Shown: positions 28,573 to 36,808 of the stretch, piece after piece
How positions within the stretch are numbered: position 1 is the first letter of the stretch
How the letters are laid out: each line of letters starts with the position of its first letter
DNA from: an uncultured Spirochaetales bacterium
GTDB taxonomy: Bacteria > Spirochaetota > Spirochaetia > DSM-27196 > DATKUC01
Reading direction: 5' to 3'
NCBI GenBank assembly: GCA_964553615.1
Contig: CAZKMA010000009.1
Location: 17,864 to 81,863 of the forward strand
DNA length: 64,000 nucleotides
Position numbers and translations under genes: made by a program
Notes under the pieces: generated by a model
What the model was told of the DNA's origin: nothing
The model's database searches: none
The model's input: the letters and a program-made list of their open reading frames with translations, nothing else

Positions 28573-28578
28573 ATCGGT

Positions 28579-29985
28579 TCAGACCGAGTACCGCGCCTTG
28601 CTCTTGCGAATACGCATCCGGGAGGCGCGAATCTCATCGCCATATGCGGCGAATACACCCGACAACCGGTCGAGCAGGTTCCCGAAACCAAACTCCCTGC
28701 GTGCAATGAGAAAATTCTCTTCCACCATGCGCTTCCGTTCTTCCGGATGCGTAAGCACGTATTCCATTGCCTCGAGAACATGGTCTTCGATTACGAGGCG
28801 ACCGTCTTCGTCGTACCGATCACGGATTTCTATGTTGTGCAGTCCGGTAACCGCTATGTCGGTCTTATAGACCAGGTAGGTGGTAATGACCACCGGCACG
28901 CGTGCCGCAAGAGCTTCGAGTAAAGCATTTCCGAACCCTTCCCAGATTGGAAGATAGGTTACGAGATCCGCGTTTGCCAGAACGTCGCGGTTGGTGTACA
29001 TCTTCTGTTCGCCTGCATCGCCCGTCGTGATTCCCCGGACGGAGCCGACGCGATCCGCAATGAAATGGGCGTTGACCCCAAGCTCCGCGGCGAGCTGTTT
29101 TATCTCTTCGACGTAGTTCTCGTCCGGTTCATCTCCCTGGTAAAGCGAGATAATGTAGTGCAAACGGTCGCGGTACTTCGGATACCGGTCCGCAAAACGA
29201 CCGACCAGACGCACCGAATCTTCAATGCGCTTTCTGCGAACTACACGCGTCGGCTGAACAATGAGAATGTCATCGCCGCGAAAGCCAAGATCCTTGCGAA
29301 AGGTCGAATTGTACTCGTCGAGTACGACCGGATCATCGAAATCCTCGCAGTTTGGTACAACGTGCGGCTGAACCCGCTTCAGCGAGCTCAGGATATGCGC
29401 CGCGTAGGAAGAGATGACAACATGCTCCAGGCCCAGATCCACCGGGGGCATAATGCGTGTAAGGAGTGATTCGATATGTGAGTTGCTGAACCTGCTGCGT
29501 TCCCACCAGAAGTCGTGGTGATGGAAGATTGTGGCAACCCGCTTCTCGGTTGCCAGGTGGTACAGACCAATGCCCCCGAGAAGGGTCATCGGCATTGCGT
29601 TCGTGTTCTCTCCAATCAGAACATCGATACCGTTGTCCTGGACGTATCGGTGGATCAGATCGCCCACCTCCTGCCCTGCTGCCATCATCTCCTCGACCAG
29701 TTCGTCCCGGGAGTTCTGATTGTCCCGCGGCGGAATACGCGACAGGAAGGGAAAGAAGCGGCGTTCATAAAGAATCTGCTGCTCGGAACCGAAGCGGATC
29801 CCGGGAACGAGGAATTGCTGACTTGCGGGAACATTCTCCACCGGGCTTCGATAGTAACCGGCAATGGTGTGAACCTGGTGCCCCATCTGGTTCAGAGCGG
29901 CAATCCACTTGTTCACTTCGAGAGATACACCGTCCACATCGCCCAGTTTTCCGCTGACGAATCCAATACGAAAGTTGTCTGCCAT
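28579..29985 (-). CDS. GT4 glycosyltransferase, mannosylglucosylglycerate synthase (MggS)-like
   Basis: DGVSLEVNKW, HHHDFWWER, QPTRVVRRKRIE, ADLVTYLPIWEGFGNALLEA, recalled as matching Thermotogae MggS. Confidence 0.8.
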   Translation of the reverse strand: MADNFRIGFVSGKLGDVDGVSLEVNKWIAALNQMGHQVHTIAGYYRSPVENVPASQQFLVPGIRFGSEQQILYERRFFPFLSRIPPRDNQNSRDELVEEMMAAGQEVGDLIHRYVQDNGIDVLIGENTNAMPMTLLGGIGLYHLATEKRVATIFHHHDFWWERSRFSNSHIESLLTRIMPPVDLGLEHVVISSYAAHILSSLKRVQPHVVPNCEDFDDPVVLDEYNSTFRKDLGFRGDDILIVQPTRVVRRKRIEDSVRLVGRFADRYPKYRDRLHYIISLYQGDEPDENYVEEIKQLAAELGVNAHFIADRVGSVRGITTGDAGEQKMYTNRDVLANADLVTYLPIWEGFGNALLEALAARVPVVITTYLVYKTDIAVTGLHNIEIRDRYDEDGRLVIEDHVLEAMEYVLTHPEERKRMVEENFLIARREFGFGNLLDRLSGVFAAYGDEIRASRMRIRKSKARYSV

Positions 29986-30045
29986 GGTACGTACCTCATA
30001 CACAAGATATGTCCATGGAGAAAGGGTTTCAACCGCGCGGAGTCG

Positions 30046-31932
30046 TTACCCGATCAACGCTTCCTCATAATCCTGAATCGAGCCGTTGTTCAGGCACACA
30101 TCGATGATCCTGCGGCCGACCGGATGAAGTTCGTCGGTATAGAATTGCCTCAACTCGCGATGGAAAAAATTCCGCAGGATCTCGGCGCCGGCGTCATAGC
30201 CGTCATTACCCACCTCGAGCTGTTCATTCACTCGAAGCATTCCCTTCGGGATGGTCTGGCCATCCACCCGAAGCGAAGGAAGGGCATACCCGAGCAGCGC
30301 AAGACGGGATTCCATGAGCTGTCCCGGGCGAAACCGAACACTCCCGCGACGGGCAATGTATTCGCGCGCAATCCACTCTGGTTTGAACCCCACTTTGAAG
30401 GCCCCGATGTACTGGTTGGGAATGAGCACAAACTTCGTGCTCGGCGTGGCGATAATCTGCTCGAGCAGGAGATTCGCCTGACGAACCATCTTCCCGGTTG
30501 CGAACGGCCAGTAGGAGCCGACCCCTTCGCTCACGAGTCCCTCGCCGGACACGATGCTCGGATTCGAATGACCGCGGGGAGCGACAAGTCGCCAGACCCA
30601 GCCGAGCGCAGGCGGCAGAATGTGCAGCATGCCAATGATGCCGTAGTTCGGTTCCTCTCGCGTACACGGAGGCGTACGGACTCCAAAACTCCGCACGTCG
30701 ACCTCGACCGGTCCGTCCAGGACGTTCGGTACGAAGTGGCGGGGCATGATTACTCGCGGATTCGGACATTTTTTCCCGGGTGCGTCCAGCGTGTGGTCCC
30801 AGATAAGCACGGTTGAACCGGGAACACCATCCAGGTTCAGGAAGATGAGCGGTTCCGGCGGTGATATGGTCAGCTTCTCGAGCTGCGGCTCGGTGCCGTA
30901 TTCTGCAAGGTGGTCAACGCGCAGAAACCAGCCCGCCTCGGCGTCTTCGACTACCAGTTTTCTGCTGTTGCGCTGAAGCGCCGGCGGTGCCAGCGCCATA
31001 TCGTCGGTAATCGGCTGCAGTTCACAGGTATCGTTCATTTCAATGAAGAGCTTTTCATTCGTAACTGTGTTCTCACCGAGCAGGATGCGTCCGTCCGTCT
31101 CCCGGTGGATTGCCTGCGTCATTTCACTCTTTCCGCCGCCACTTGCCCCTTCGTGGAGAATGACAAACTCGTTATCGTAGGGAGTAATCAGCTTCACTGC
31201 CGCGCTGTGCAGGGTAACCCATCCCTCCTGCTCACCAAGAGTCAGAAGGATGCCGTATACGCCCTTCTTGGCACTCGGACCGGGATAGAGGTTGTAGGAA
31301 AAGAGCTCGTGCATACCGGCCAGACGATTGTGAATGACCACCTGTTTTCCGTCAAAATGAGTGTGCCGGAACGGCGGGGCAACGTAGATGACCGCACGCG
31401 GCTCAAAACCGTCAGGAATATCGTCCCGGGGAATGAACCCCTGGAGGTCCGCCATGGCCGCCACGAAAAATCCTGCATTTGCCGGAGCAACAATGAGCGT
31501 CGGATAGCCATGCGTCATATCTCCGGAAAGAAACGGCATGACAATGAGGGGCTGCTCGGAAAGCCACTTGAAAGTTTCCGCGCGCACCGAGTCGAAGCCA
31601 TCACCGAACCGTTCGGTATACCGGGTCTTGTCGGTCGGCAGATCATCAGCAATGACCATAGCTTCGGGATCGCGCCGACGCATGTACACCTCGGTGTAGT
31701 TCACTGCAAAGCCATTCTTGCATCGTGCAACGGTCGCCTCGACAACCCGCCCCTTTCCGGACACTTCGTAGGCCACCTCGCAGCCGCTGCTCTCGGGATC
31801 CATGCAGACAAGATTCAGGAGATGATTGCGGCTTTCCGGTACGATAACTTCAGTCTGCGAGATGATCCGCTCGAGGTCTCGAGGAAGCTTGCACTTGTCC
31901 AGCACTATGTTGCCCAATAGCGTGTCCTTCAT
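30046..31932 (-). CDS. DUF4914 family protein (PEP-carboxykinase-like P-loop fold)
   Basis: YPGPSAKKGVYG, WVTLH, HEGASGGGKSE, ITDD, CPNPRV. Confidence 0.8.
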   Translation of the reverse strand: MKDTLLGNIVLDKCKLPRDLERIISQTEVIVPESRNHLLNLVCMDPESSGCEVAYEVSGKGRVVEATVARCKNGFAVNYTEVYMRRRDPEAMVIADDLPTDKTRYTERFGDGFDSVRAETFKWLSEQPLIVMPFLSGDMTHGYPTLIVAPANAGFFVAAMADLQGFIPRDDIPDGFEPRAVIYVAPPFRHTHFDGKQVVIHNRLAGMHELFSYNLYPGPSAKKGVYGILLTLGEQEGWVTLHSAAVKLITPYDNEFVILHEGASGGGKSEMTQAIHRETDGRILLGENTVTNEKLFIEMNDTCELQPITDDMALAPPALQRNSRKLVVEDAEAGWFLRVDHLAEYGTEPQLEKLTISPPEPLIFLNLDGVPGSTVLIWDHTLDAPGKKCPNPRVIMPRHFVPNVLDGPVEVDVRSFGVRTPPCTREEPNYGIIGMLHILPPALGWVWRLVAPRGHSNPSIVSGEGLVSEGVGSYWPFATGKMVRQANLLLEQIIATPSTKFVLIPNQYIGAFKVGFKPEWIAREYIARRGSVRFRPGQLMESRLALLGYALPSLRVDGQTIPKGMLRVNEQLEVGNDGYDAGAEILRNFFHRELRQFYTDELHPVGRRIIDVCLNNGSIQDYEEALIG

Positions 31933-32152
31933 TTCCGGTTATTCTCCATGAATACTCTAAACGCCCACGCAATTCAACCCCGCCTGCGCCCGGTACTCGC
32001 GTCGTTGTCTGGAGACAAATCGAAATCTGTTGCCGAGCGGACGACCGGATCCACAGACAGGGAGAAGTACCATCAGGTACCGATTTCGAAAACCGTTGCC
32101 TTTGGCATCTTTTCCGTCTGCATTTCATACATCGAAGTGTATCTTTATGCAG

Positions 32153-32169
32153 GAAATTCCGGGAATTTC
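32153..32169. promoter_or_regulatory. Perfect inverted repeat GAAATTCC-G-GGAATTTC upstream of the DUF4914 operon
   Basis: Read directly. A second palindrome, TTGTCT-GG-AGACAA, lies near 32003-32016. Confidence 0.35.
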
Positions 32170-32274
32170 GGCTGATTATACGCGATATCTGAAAAAACAT
32201 GCAACAGGTCGCCGGGACGAGGCCCGGGAGACGCACCTGGGAAGGCCCTTGAGGGAAGCCCCTGTGGGAGGCAC

Positions 32275-33225
32275 CTAGGGGCCCGCGGCACCCGCGAGGA
32301 GAGTCTTCGCCATAGTCTCCAGGTTGGAGAGCACGTCCGGGGCAAGGGGGTTGATGACCAGCATCCTGACGCCGAGCGCCTCGGCAATCCGTTTGGCGGT
32401 TGTCTCTGAAAACTCGGGTTCCACGAACACAGCACGTACATGCGCTGCACGCGCGCGCCGGATAAGGTCCTGCATTTCACGGGGCCCCGGATTCTTGCCG
32501 TTTTGTTCAATGGCAAGTTCTTCTATTCCGTAGGTGTCGGTAAAATACCCAAATGCGGGGTGAAACACCAGAATGGAGGAGCCACGAAGCGGCGCAAGCA
32601 TGACCTTGAGCCGGCCATCCAGTGCGTGCAGCCGCGCCACGAGTGCATTGTAGTTCGCCGTGAACGTATCCGCCATTCCGGGAACCTCCGAAACCAGTGC
32701 GTCCCGGATCGTCTTCATCTGGATAGCGAGCTCTCGCGGTCCGAGCCAGATGTGCGGATCGAACCCTTCGACCGCCGGTGAGTTTGCAGTCACGACCATG
32801 TGCTGTCTTCCGTCGGGCGAACGGAGTGTCACTCCCACGCGCGTGTCAACAACCCGGAGATCGGGCACATTCGCCTCCACCCTGGGGAGAAATGCGTCTT
32901 CAAACGGCATGCCGATGCGGAAGTAAAGCCGGGCGTGCGCAACTTCGCTTATCTGCCGCGGAGTCGGCTCGTACGTGTGCGGTTCCCTTCCCGGCGGTAC
33001 CATGACCCCGACCCGCACACCGGTGCCTCCGATCTGGCTTACAAGGTACTCCTGCGGAAGAATACTCACCATCACATTGAGCGGCTGCACCGTCCCACCG
33101 GGGCCGGAAGTGGTATCTCGCTTTCCTCCGGTTCGCTCGGCCGAACCGCCCGCGCAGGCAGCGCCCGCAACTGCAACAAACAGGATAATGCCCGCCGTTA
33201 ATACTCGACCCTTCGCTCGAATCAC
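32275..33225 (-). CDS. znuA: Zn/Mn ABC transporter substrate-binding lipoprotein
   Basis: Lipobox AGAAC, PPGREPHTYEP, DPHIWL, VFHPAFGYF, EQNGKNP. Confidence 0.9.
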   Translation of the reverse strand: MIRAKGRVLTAGIILFVAVAGAACAGGSAERTGGKRDTTSGPGGTVQPLNVMVSILPQEYLVSQIGGTGVRVGVMVPPGREPHTYEPTPRQISEVAHARLYFRIGMPFEDAFLPRVEANVPDLRVVDTRVGVTLRSPDGRQHMVVTANSPAVEGFDPHIWLGPRELAIQMKTIRDALVSEVPGMADTFTANYNALVARLHALDGRLKVMLAPLRGSSILVFHPAFGYFTDTYGIEELAIEQNGKNPGPREMQDLIRRARAAHVRAVFVEPEFSETTAKRIAEALGVRMLVINPLAPDVLSNLETMAKTLLAGAAGP

Positions 33226-33241
33226 TCTTCCCTCCAGAATC

Positions 33242-33283
33242 TTGCCACTTCGTATTACTCTGTATTACATTATGGGTACTAAC
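33242..33283 (+). promoter_or_regulatory. Promoter/operator between znuA and the RHH gene, with GTATTAC direct repeats
   Basis: TTGCCA-18-TACATT. GTATTAC at 33252-33258 and 33262-33268 (10-bp period); degenerate GTACTAA at 33276. Confidence 0.55.
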
Positions 33284-33314
33284 GGAGCACCTCCTCCGTC
33301 AAGAGGGAATTTGT

Positions 33315-33584
33315 ATGGCAAAGAAAGATGAGGTAATTACGTTCAAGGTAGATGATGCGCTTGCACGTGAACTCGCCGGAATCTCGAACCGATCGGAGTT
33401 CATCCGGGCGGCTATTCTGCGCGCCCTGGAAAACACGTGCCCGTTGTGCGGCGGAGTCGGTATTCTTACCCCGGACCAGAAACGGCATTGGGAAAGTTTC
33501 GCTGAACATCACAGCGTCCAGAAATGCAACGACTGCGAAGCGAATTATCTGGTCTGCGACGCCGGAAATGAAGGAGAAACCTGA
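33315..33584 (+). CDS. Ribbon-helix-helix (CopG/MetJ-like) regulator with a Cys/His-rich C-terminal domain
   Basis: VITFKVDDALARELAGISNRSEFIRAAILRAL (RHH pattern) followed by CPLC-x15-H-x6-HH-x4-CNDC-x6-C. Stop overlaps the znuC start. Confidence 0.85.
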   Translation: MAKKDEVITFKVDDALARELAGISNRSEFIRAAILRALENTCPLCGGVGILTPDQKRHWESFAEHHSVQKCNDCEANYLVCDAGNEGET

Positions 33585-34363
33585 TGAATGAACCGGTGGC
33601 GGCCATCAGCTTCGACTCGGTGAGTTTCAGATACCCGGAGATTTCCGTTCTGGAAAATGCAACGTTCGAAATTGCACCGAGGGACTTCGTCTCAATAATC
33701 GGGCCGAACGGCGGCGGAAAGACCACGCTCGCGCGGCTCATCCTCGGGCTCGTAGAACCCGCTTCAGGAACCATACGGGTCTTCGGCAAGTCACCGCAGG
33801 CGGCCCGTCATAAGATTGGCTACGTTCCGCAGTACACCTCCTTCGATCTGAGTTTTCCCGTGACCATCCGGGATGTCGTGCTCATGGGGCGTGTCCGGAA
33901 TCGACCCGGACTTCATCGCCGTGCCGATTTCGAGGCTGCCGAGCAGGCGCTGTCGGAAGTGGGCATGGTCGATCTTCGCAATCGACCGTTCTCTGAGCTC
34001 TCCGGTGGACAACGGCAGCGGGTACTCATTGCACGGGCGCTTTCAGCCGGCCCGGAAATTCTCCTGCTGGATGAGCCGACGGCAAACGTGGACGTCGCGG
34101 TGGAAAACCAGGTCAACGGCCTGCTCAGAAGGCTCAATGAGACGCTCACAGTGCTCCTCATCACGCACGATCTCGGATTCGTCAGTGAGCTGGTGAATCG
34201 CCTGGTGTGTGTGAATCACTACGTGAAGGTACATCCGACAACCGAGGTAACTCCTGAGATGATCAAGGAGCTGTACGGCGGCCATGTGCTCCGCGTAGAA
34301 CACGGGAAAGGCGACCCGCGTACAATAGACGTCCGCAACGTCCCCTCCCCATCAACCAAATAA
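33584..34363 (+). CDS. znuC: Zn/Mn ABC transporter ATP-binding protein
   Basis: GPNGGGKT, GYVPQ, LSGGQRQR, LLLDEP, ITHD. Confidence 0.92.
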   Translation: MNEPVAAISFDSVSFRYPEISVLENATFEIAPRDFVSIIGPNGGGKTTLARLILGLVEPASGTIRVFGKSPQAARHKIGYVPQYTSFDLSFPVTIRDVVLMGRVRNRPGLHRRADFEAAEQALSEVGMVDLRNRPFSELSGGQRQRVLIARALSAGPEILLLDEPTANVDVAVENQVNGLLRRLNETLTVLLITHDLGFVSELVNRLVCVNHYVKVHPTTEVTPEMIKELYGGHVLRVEHGKGDPRTIDVRNVPSPSTK

Positions 34364-34376
34364 GGACAGGACATCT

Positions 34377-35285
34377 ATGGGCCAGTTTTTTTCCGCGCTC
34401 TCCGATCCCTCGATACCCTTCATCCGGTATGCACTGTTCGCAGGGCTTATCTCCAGCGTCGCCTTCGGTGTCATCGGAAGCTACGTCGTTGTAAAACGGA
34501 TCAGCTACATCGCCGGTGCCATCTCGCATTCGGTTCTGGCCGGCATCGGACTGAGTCTCTACCTGAAGAGCCGCTACGGTCTTGCCTGGTTCAGCCCCAT
34601 GCTCGGGGCCGTCATCACCGCGGTTCTCGCTGCGGTCATCATCGGCTCGGTCAGCATATATGCCCGGGAACGGGAAGACACGGTCATCGGCGCCATCTGG
34701 AGCCTCGGGATGGCCGTGGGGGTGCTCTTCATCGCCGGGACAAAGGGGTTCGTTGACCCGATGAGCTACCTGTTCGGGAACATACTATTGGTTACGAAAG
34801 GCGATCTTCTGCTCATTGCCGTTCTCGATGGTATCGTCGTTCTCATCGGTATCCTGTTCTACAACCAGCTCCTGGCCGTCACCTTCGACGAGGAGTTTAC
34901 CACCGCGCGCGGCGTTCCTTCCGGCTTTTACTACATGCTGCTGCTCATTCTCGCCGCCCTCGCTATCGTGCTTCTGGTAACCATTGTGGGAATTGTCATG
35001 CTCATTGCGCTTTTTACCATCCCGGCGGCAATTTCCGGCATGTTTGCACGCCGCCTGTGGCAGATGATGATTGCATCGACACTGCTGACCATGGTTTTCA
35101 CCACGGCCGGGCTCGGGCTGAGCTATCTCACCAACATGCCGAGCGGGTCGGTCATCATCGTCTTCGCCGGCTCCGCCTATCTCCTTGCCACGGTGGCGAA
35201 AAACGTCTCACGCCGGATCCGCGCACGAAGCCAGGGAAACCGGCACGATGGTGGGCAGCGCGGTGCGCGCACTGAAGCAATCTGA
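34377..35285 (+). CDS. znuB: Zn/Mn ABC transporter permease
   Basis: AGAISHSVLAGI, REDTVIG, SYLFGNILLV, TFDEEF, VGIVMLIAL. Confidence 0.92.
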   Translation: MGQFFSALSDPSIPFIRYALFAGLISSVAFGVIGSYVVVKRISYIAGAISHSVLAGIGLSLYLKSRYGLAWFSPMLGAVITAVLAAVIIGSVSIYAREREDTVIGAIWSLGMAVGVLFIAGTKGFVDPMSYLFGNILLVTKGDLLLIAVLDGIVVLIGILFYNQLLAVTFDEEFTTARGVPSGFYYMLLLILAALAIVLLVTIVGIVMLIALFTIPAAISGMFARRLWQMMIASTLLTMVFTTAGLGLSYLTNMPSGSVIIVFAGSAYLLATVAKNVSRRIRARSQGNRHDGGQRGARTEAI

Positions 35286-35546
35286 AGCAGGGCGGCCGAC
35301 CCGGATGTCCCCAATTCCGGACTAATTGCGCAGCAACATCGTATAAAACGGGCATGGGCGCGCCGCGTCGGCAGGCGCGCGAAAGCATTCCAGTTCACGT
35401 TACTGCGTGAAAAAGAGAATTGCTGCCAATTGCGAACTCTCATTGTGTGCAAAACCCAAAAATGATATAGTGCAGAGTACATAAATTCCTTATGCAGGAC
35501 GATGTAATAAAGTGTAGCAATAGTTGAGTGTAGGGAATCAACGGGT

Positions 35547-36776
35547 ATGACGTCAGAAATTAAGAAACTTCGGGACATTATCAGCCTCGATTCTGAACTG
35601 AACAAGATACAGGATGTCGATATCCTGCTTGAACGCATATTGCTCGAAGCCCGCCGCGTAGTGAACGCGGATGCAGGATCCATCTATGTCAAACGGGGCG
35701 AAGAGCTCATTATCACGTACGCGCAGAACGACACCAAGCAGAAAGAGCTGCCTCCCGGCGAAAAGCTCATCTACAACATCTTCACCGTCCCGATCAACGA
35801 GAAGACCATTTCAGGCTACTCTGCAGCAACGGGGAAGGCCGTCAACGTGGAGGATGTCTATGATCTTTCCGATGATGCGCCCTACGGATACAGCACCAGT
35901 TTTGACCGAATTTCCGGGTACCGTTCTCAGTCGATGCTTGCAATCCCGCTCAAATCGAATACCGGTGAAATACTTGGCGTTATCCAGATGATCAACGCGA
36001 TGGACGAAAACAATTCCGTCGTTCCGTTCAGCAAGGACGACGAGATGGTGATTACCCACTTCGCAGCCAACGCCACCGTGGCGCTTCAGCGTGCGCAGAT
36101 GACGCGCGCCATCCTGCTGCGCATGATCATGATGGCGGAATTGCGGGACCCAAAGGAGACCGGTCCGCACGTCAACCGCGTTGCCGGTTACTCGGTGGAG
36201 ATCTACGAGCGCTGGGCGCACAAACAGCGCCTCGGGGAAACTGAAGTCCAGAAGACTCGCGACAATCTCCGTATGGCGGCGATGCTTCACGATGTCGGGA
36301 AAGTCGCCATTTCAGATATCATCCTGAAGAAACCCGGACGCTTCACCGACGATGAATACTCAATCATGAAGTCCCACACCTGGGTTGGCGCCTGTCTGTT
36401 TGTGAACAAGCAGTCGGAGTTTGACGAAATCGCCCAGCTTGTGGCGCTGAATCACCACGAGAACTGGGACGGAACCGGCTACCCCGGTCACATCGACATT
36501 GAAACCGGTTTGCCGACCCGTACGGACAAAGACGGCAAGCCTCTCGGCAAGAAGGGAGAGGAAATCCCGCTCTTCGGCCGTATCGTTTCCATTGCGGATG
36601 TGTACGACGCTCTCAGCTCACACCGCGTGTACAAGGAAGCGTGGACCGAAGAAAAAGTGCTCGAAGAGATGCGTCAGATGGCAGGGACCAAGTTCGATCC
36701 GGACCTGCTCGACGCATTCTTCGAAGCGCTGCCGTCTATCAGAACCATCGCACAGAAATACGCCGACGAGACGTAA
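35547..36776 (+). CDS. GAF + HD-GYP cyclic-dinucleotide phosphodiesterase
   Basis: N-terminal GAF; ETGPHVNRV, LHDVGK, HHENWDGTGYP, RIVSIADVYDAL. Confidence 0.93.
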   Translation: MTSEIKKLRDIISLDSELNKIQDVDILLERILLEARRVVNADAGSIYVKRGEELIITYAQNDTKQKELPPGEKLIYNIFTVPINEKTISGYSAATGKAVNVEDVYDLSDDAPYGYSTSFDRISGYRSQSMLAIPLKSNTGEILGVIQMINAMDENNSVVPFSKDDEMVITHFAANATVALQRAQMTRAILLRMIMMAELRDPKETGPHVNRVAGYSVEIYERWAHKQRLGETEVQKTRDNLRMAAMLHDVGKVAISDIILKKPGRFTDDEYSIMKSHTWVGACLFVNKQSEFDEIAQLVALNHHENWDGTGYPGHIDIETGLPTRTDKDGKPLGKKGEEIPLFGRIVSIADVYDALSSHRVYKEAWTEEKVLEEMRQMAGTKFDPDLLDAFFEALPSIRTIAQKYADET

Positions 36777-36808
36777 GGGCACCCCGAAGTACCTGAACTG
36801 AGAAGCGC

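Noticed and set aside
29515-30816. 433-aa plus-strand ORF (and 30910-31920)
   Set aside because: Antisense to the GT4 and DUF4914 genes, which carry clear motifs.
35290-35546. Possible c-di-GMP riboswitch upstream of the HD-GYP gene (GCGCGAAAGCATTCCAG)
   Set aside because: Only a superficial likeness to the GEMM core; the P2 GNRA arm and GGCAAA element are not evident. An Infernal scan would settle it.
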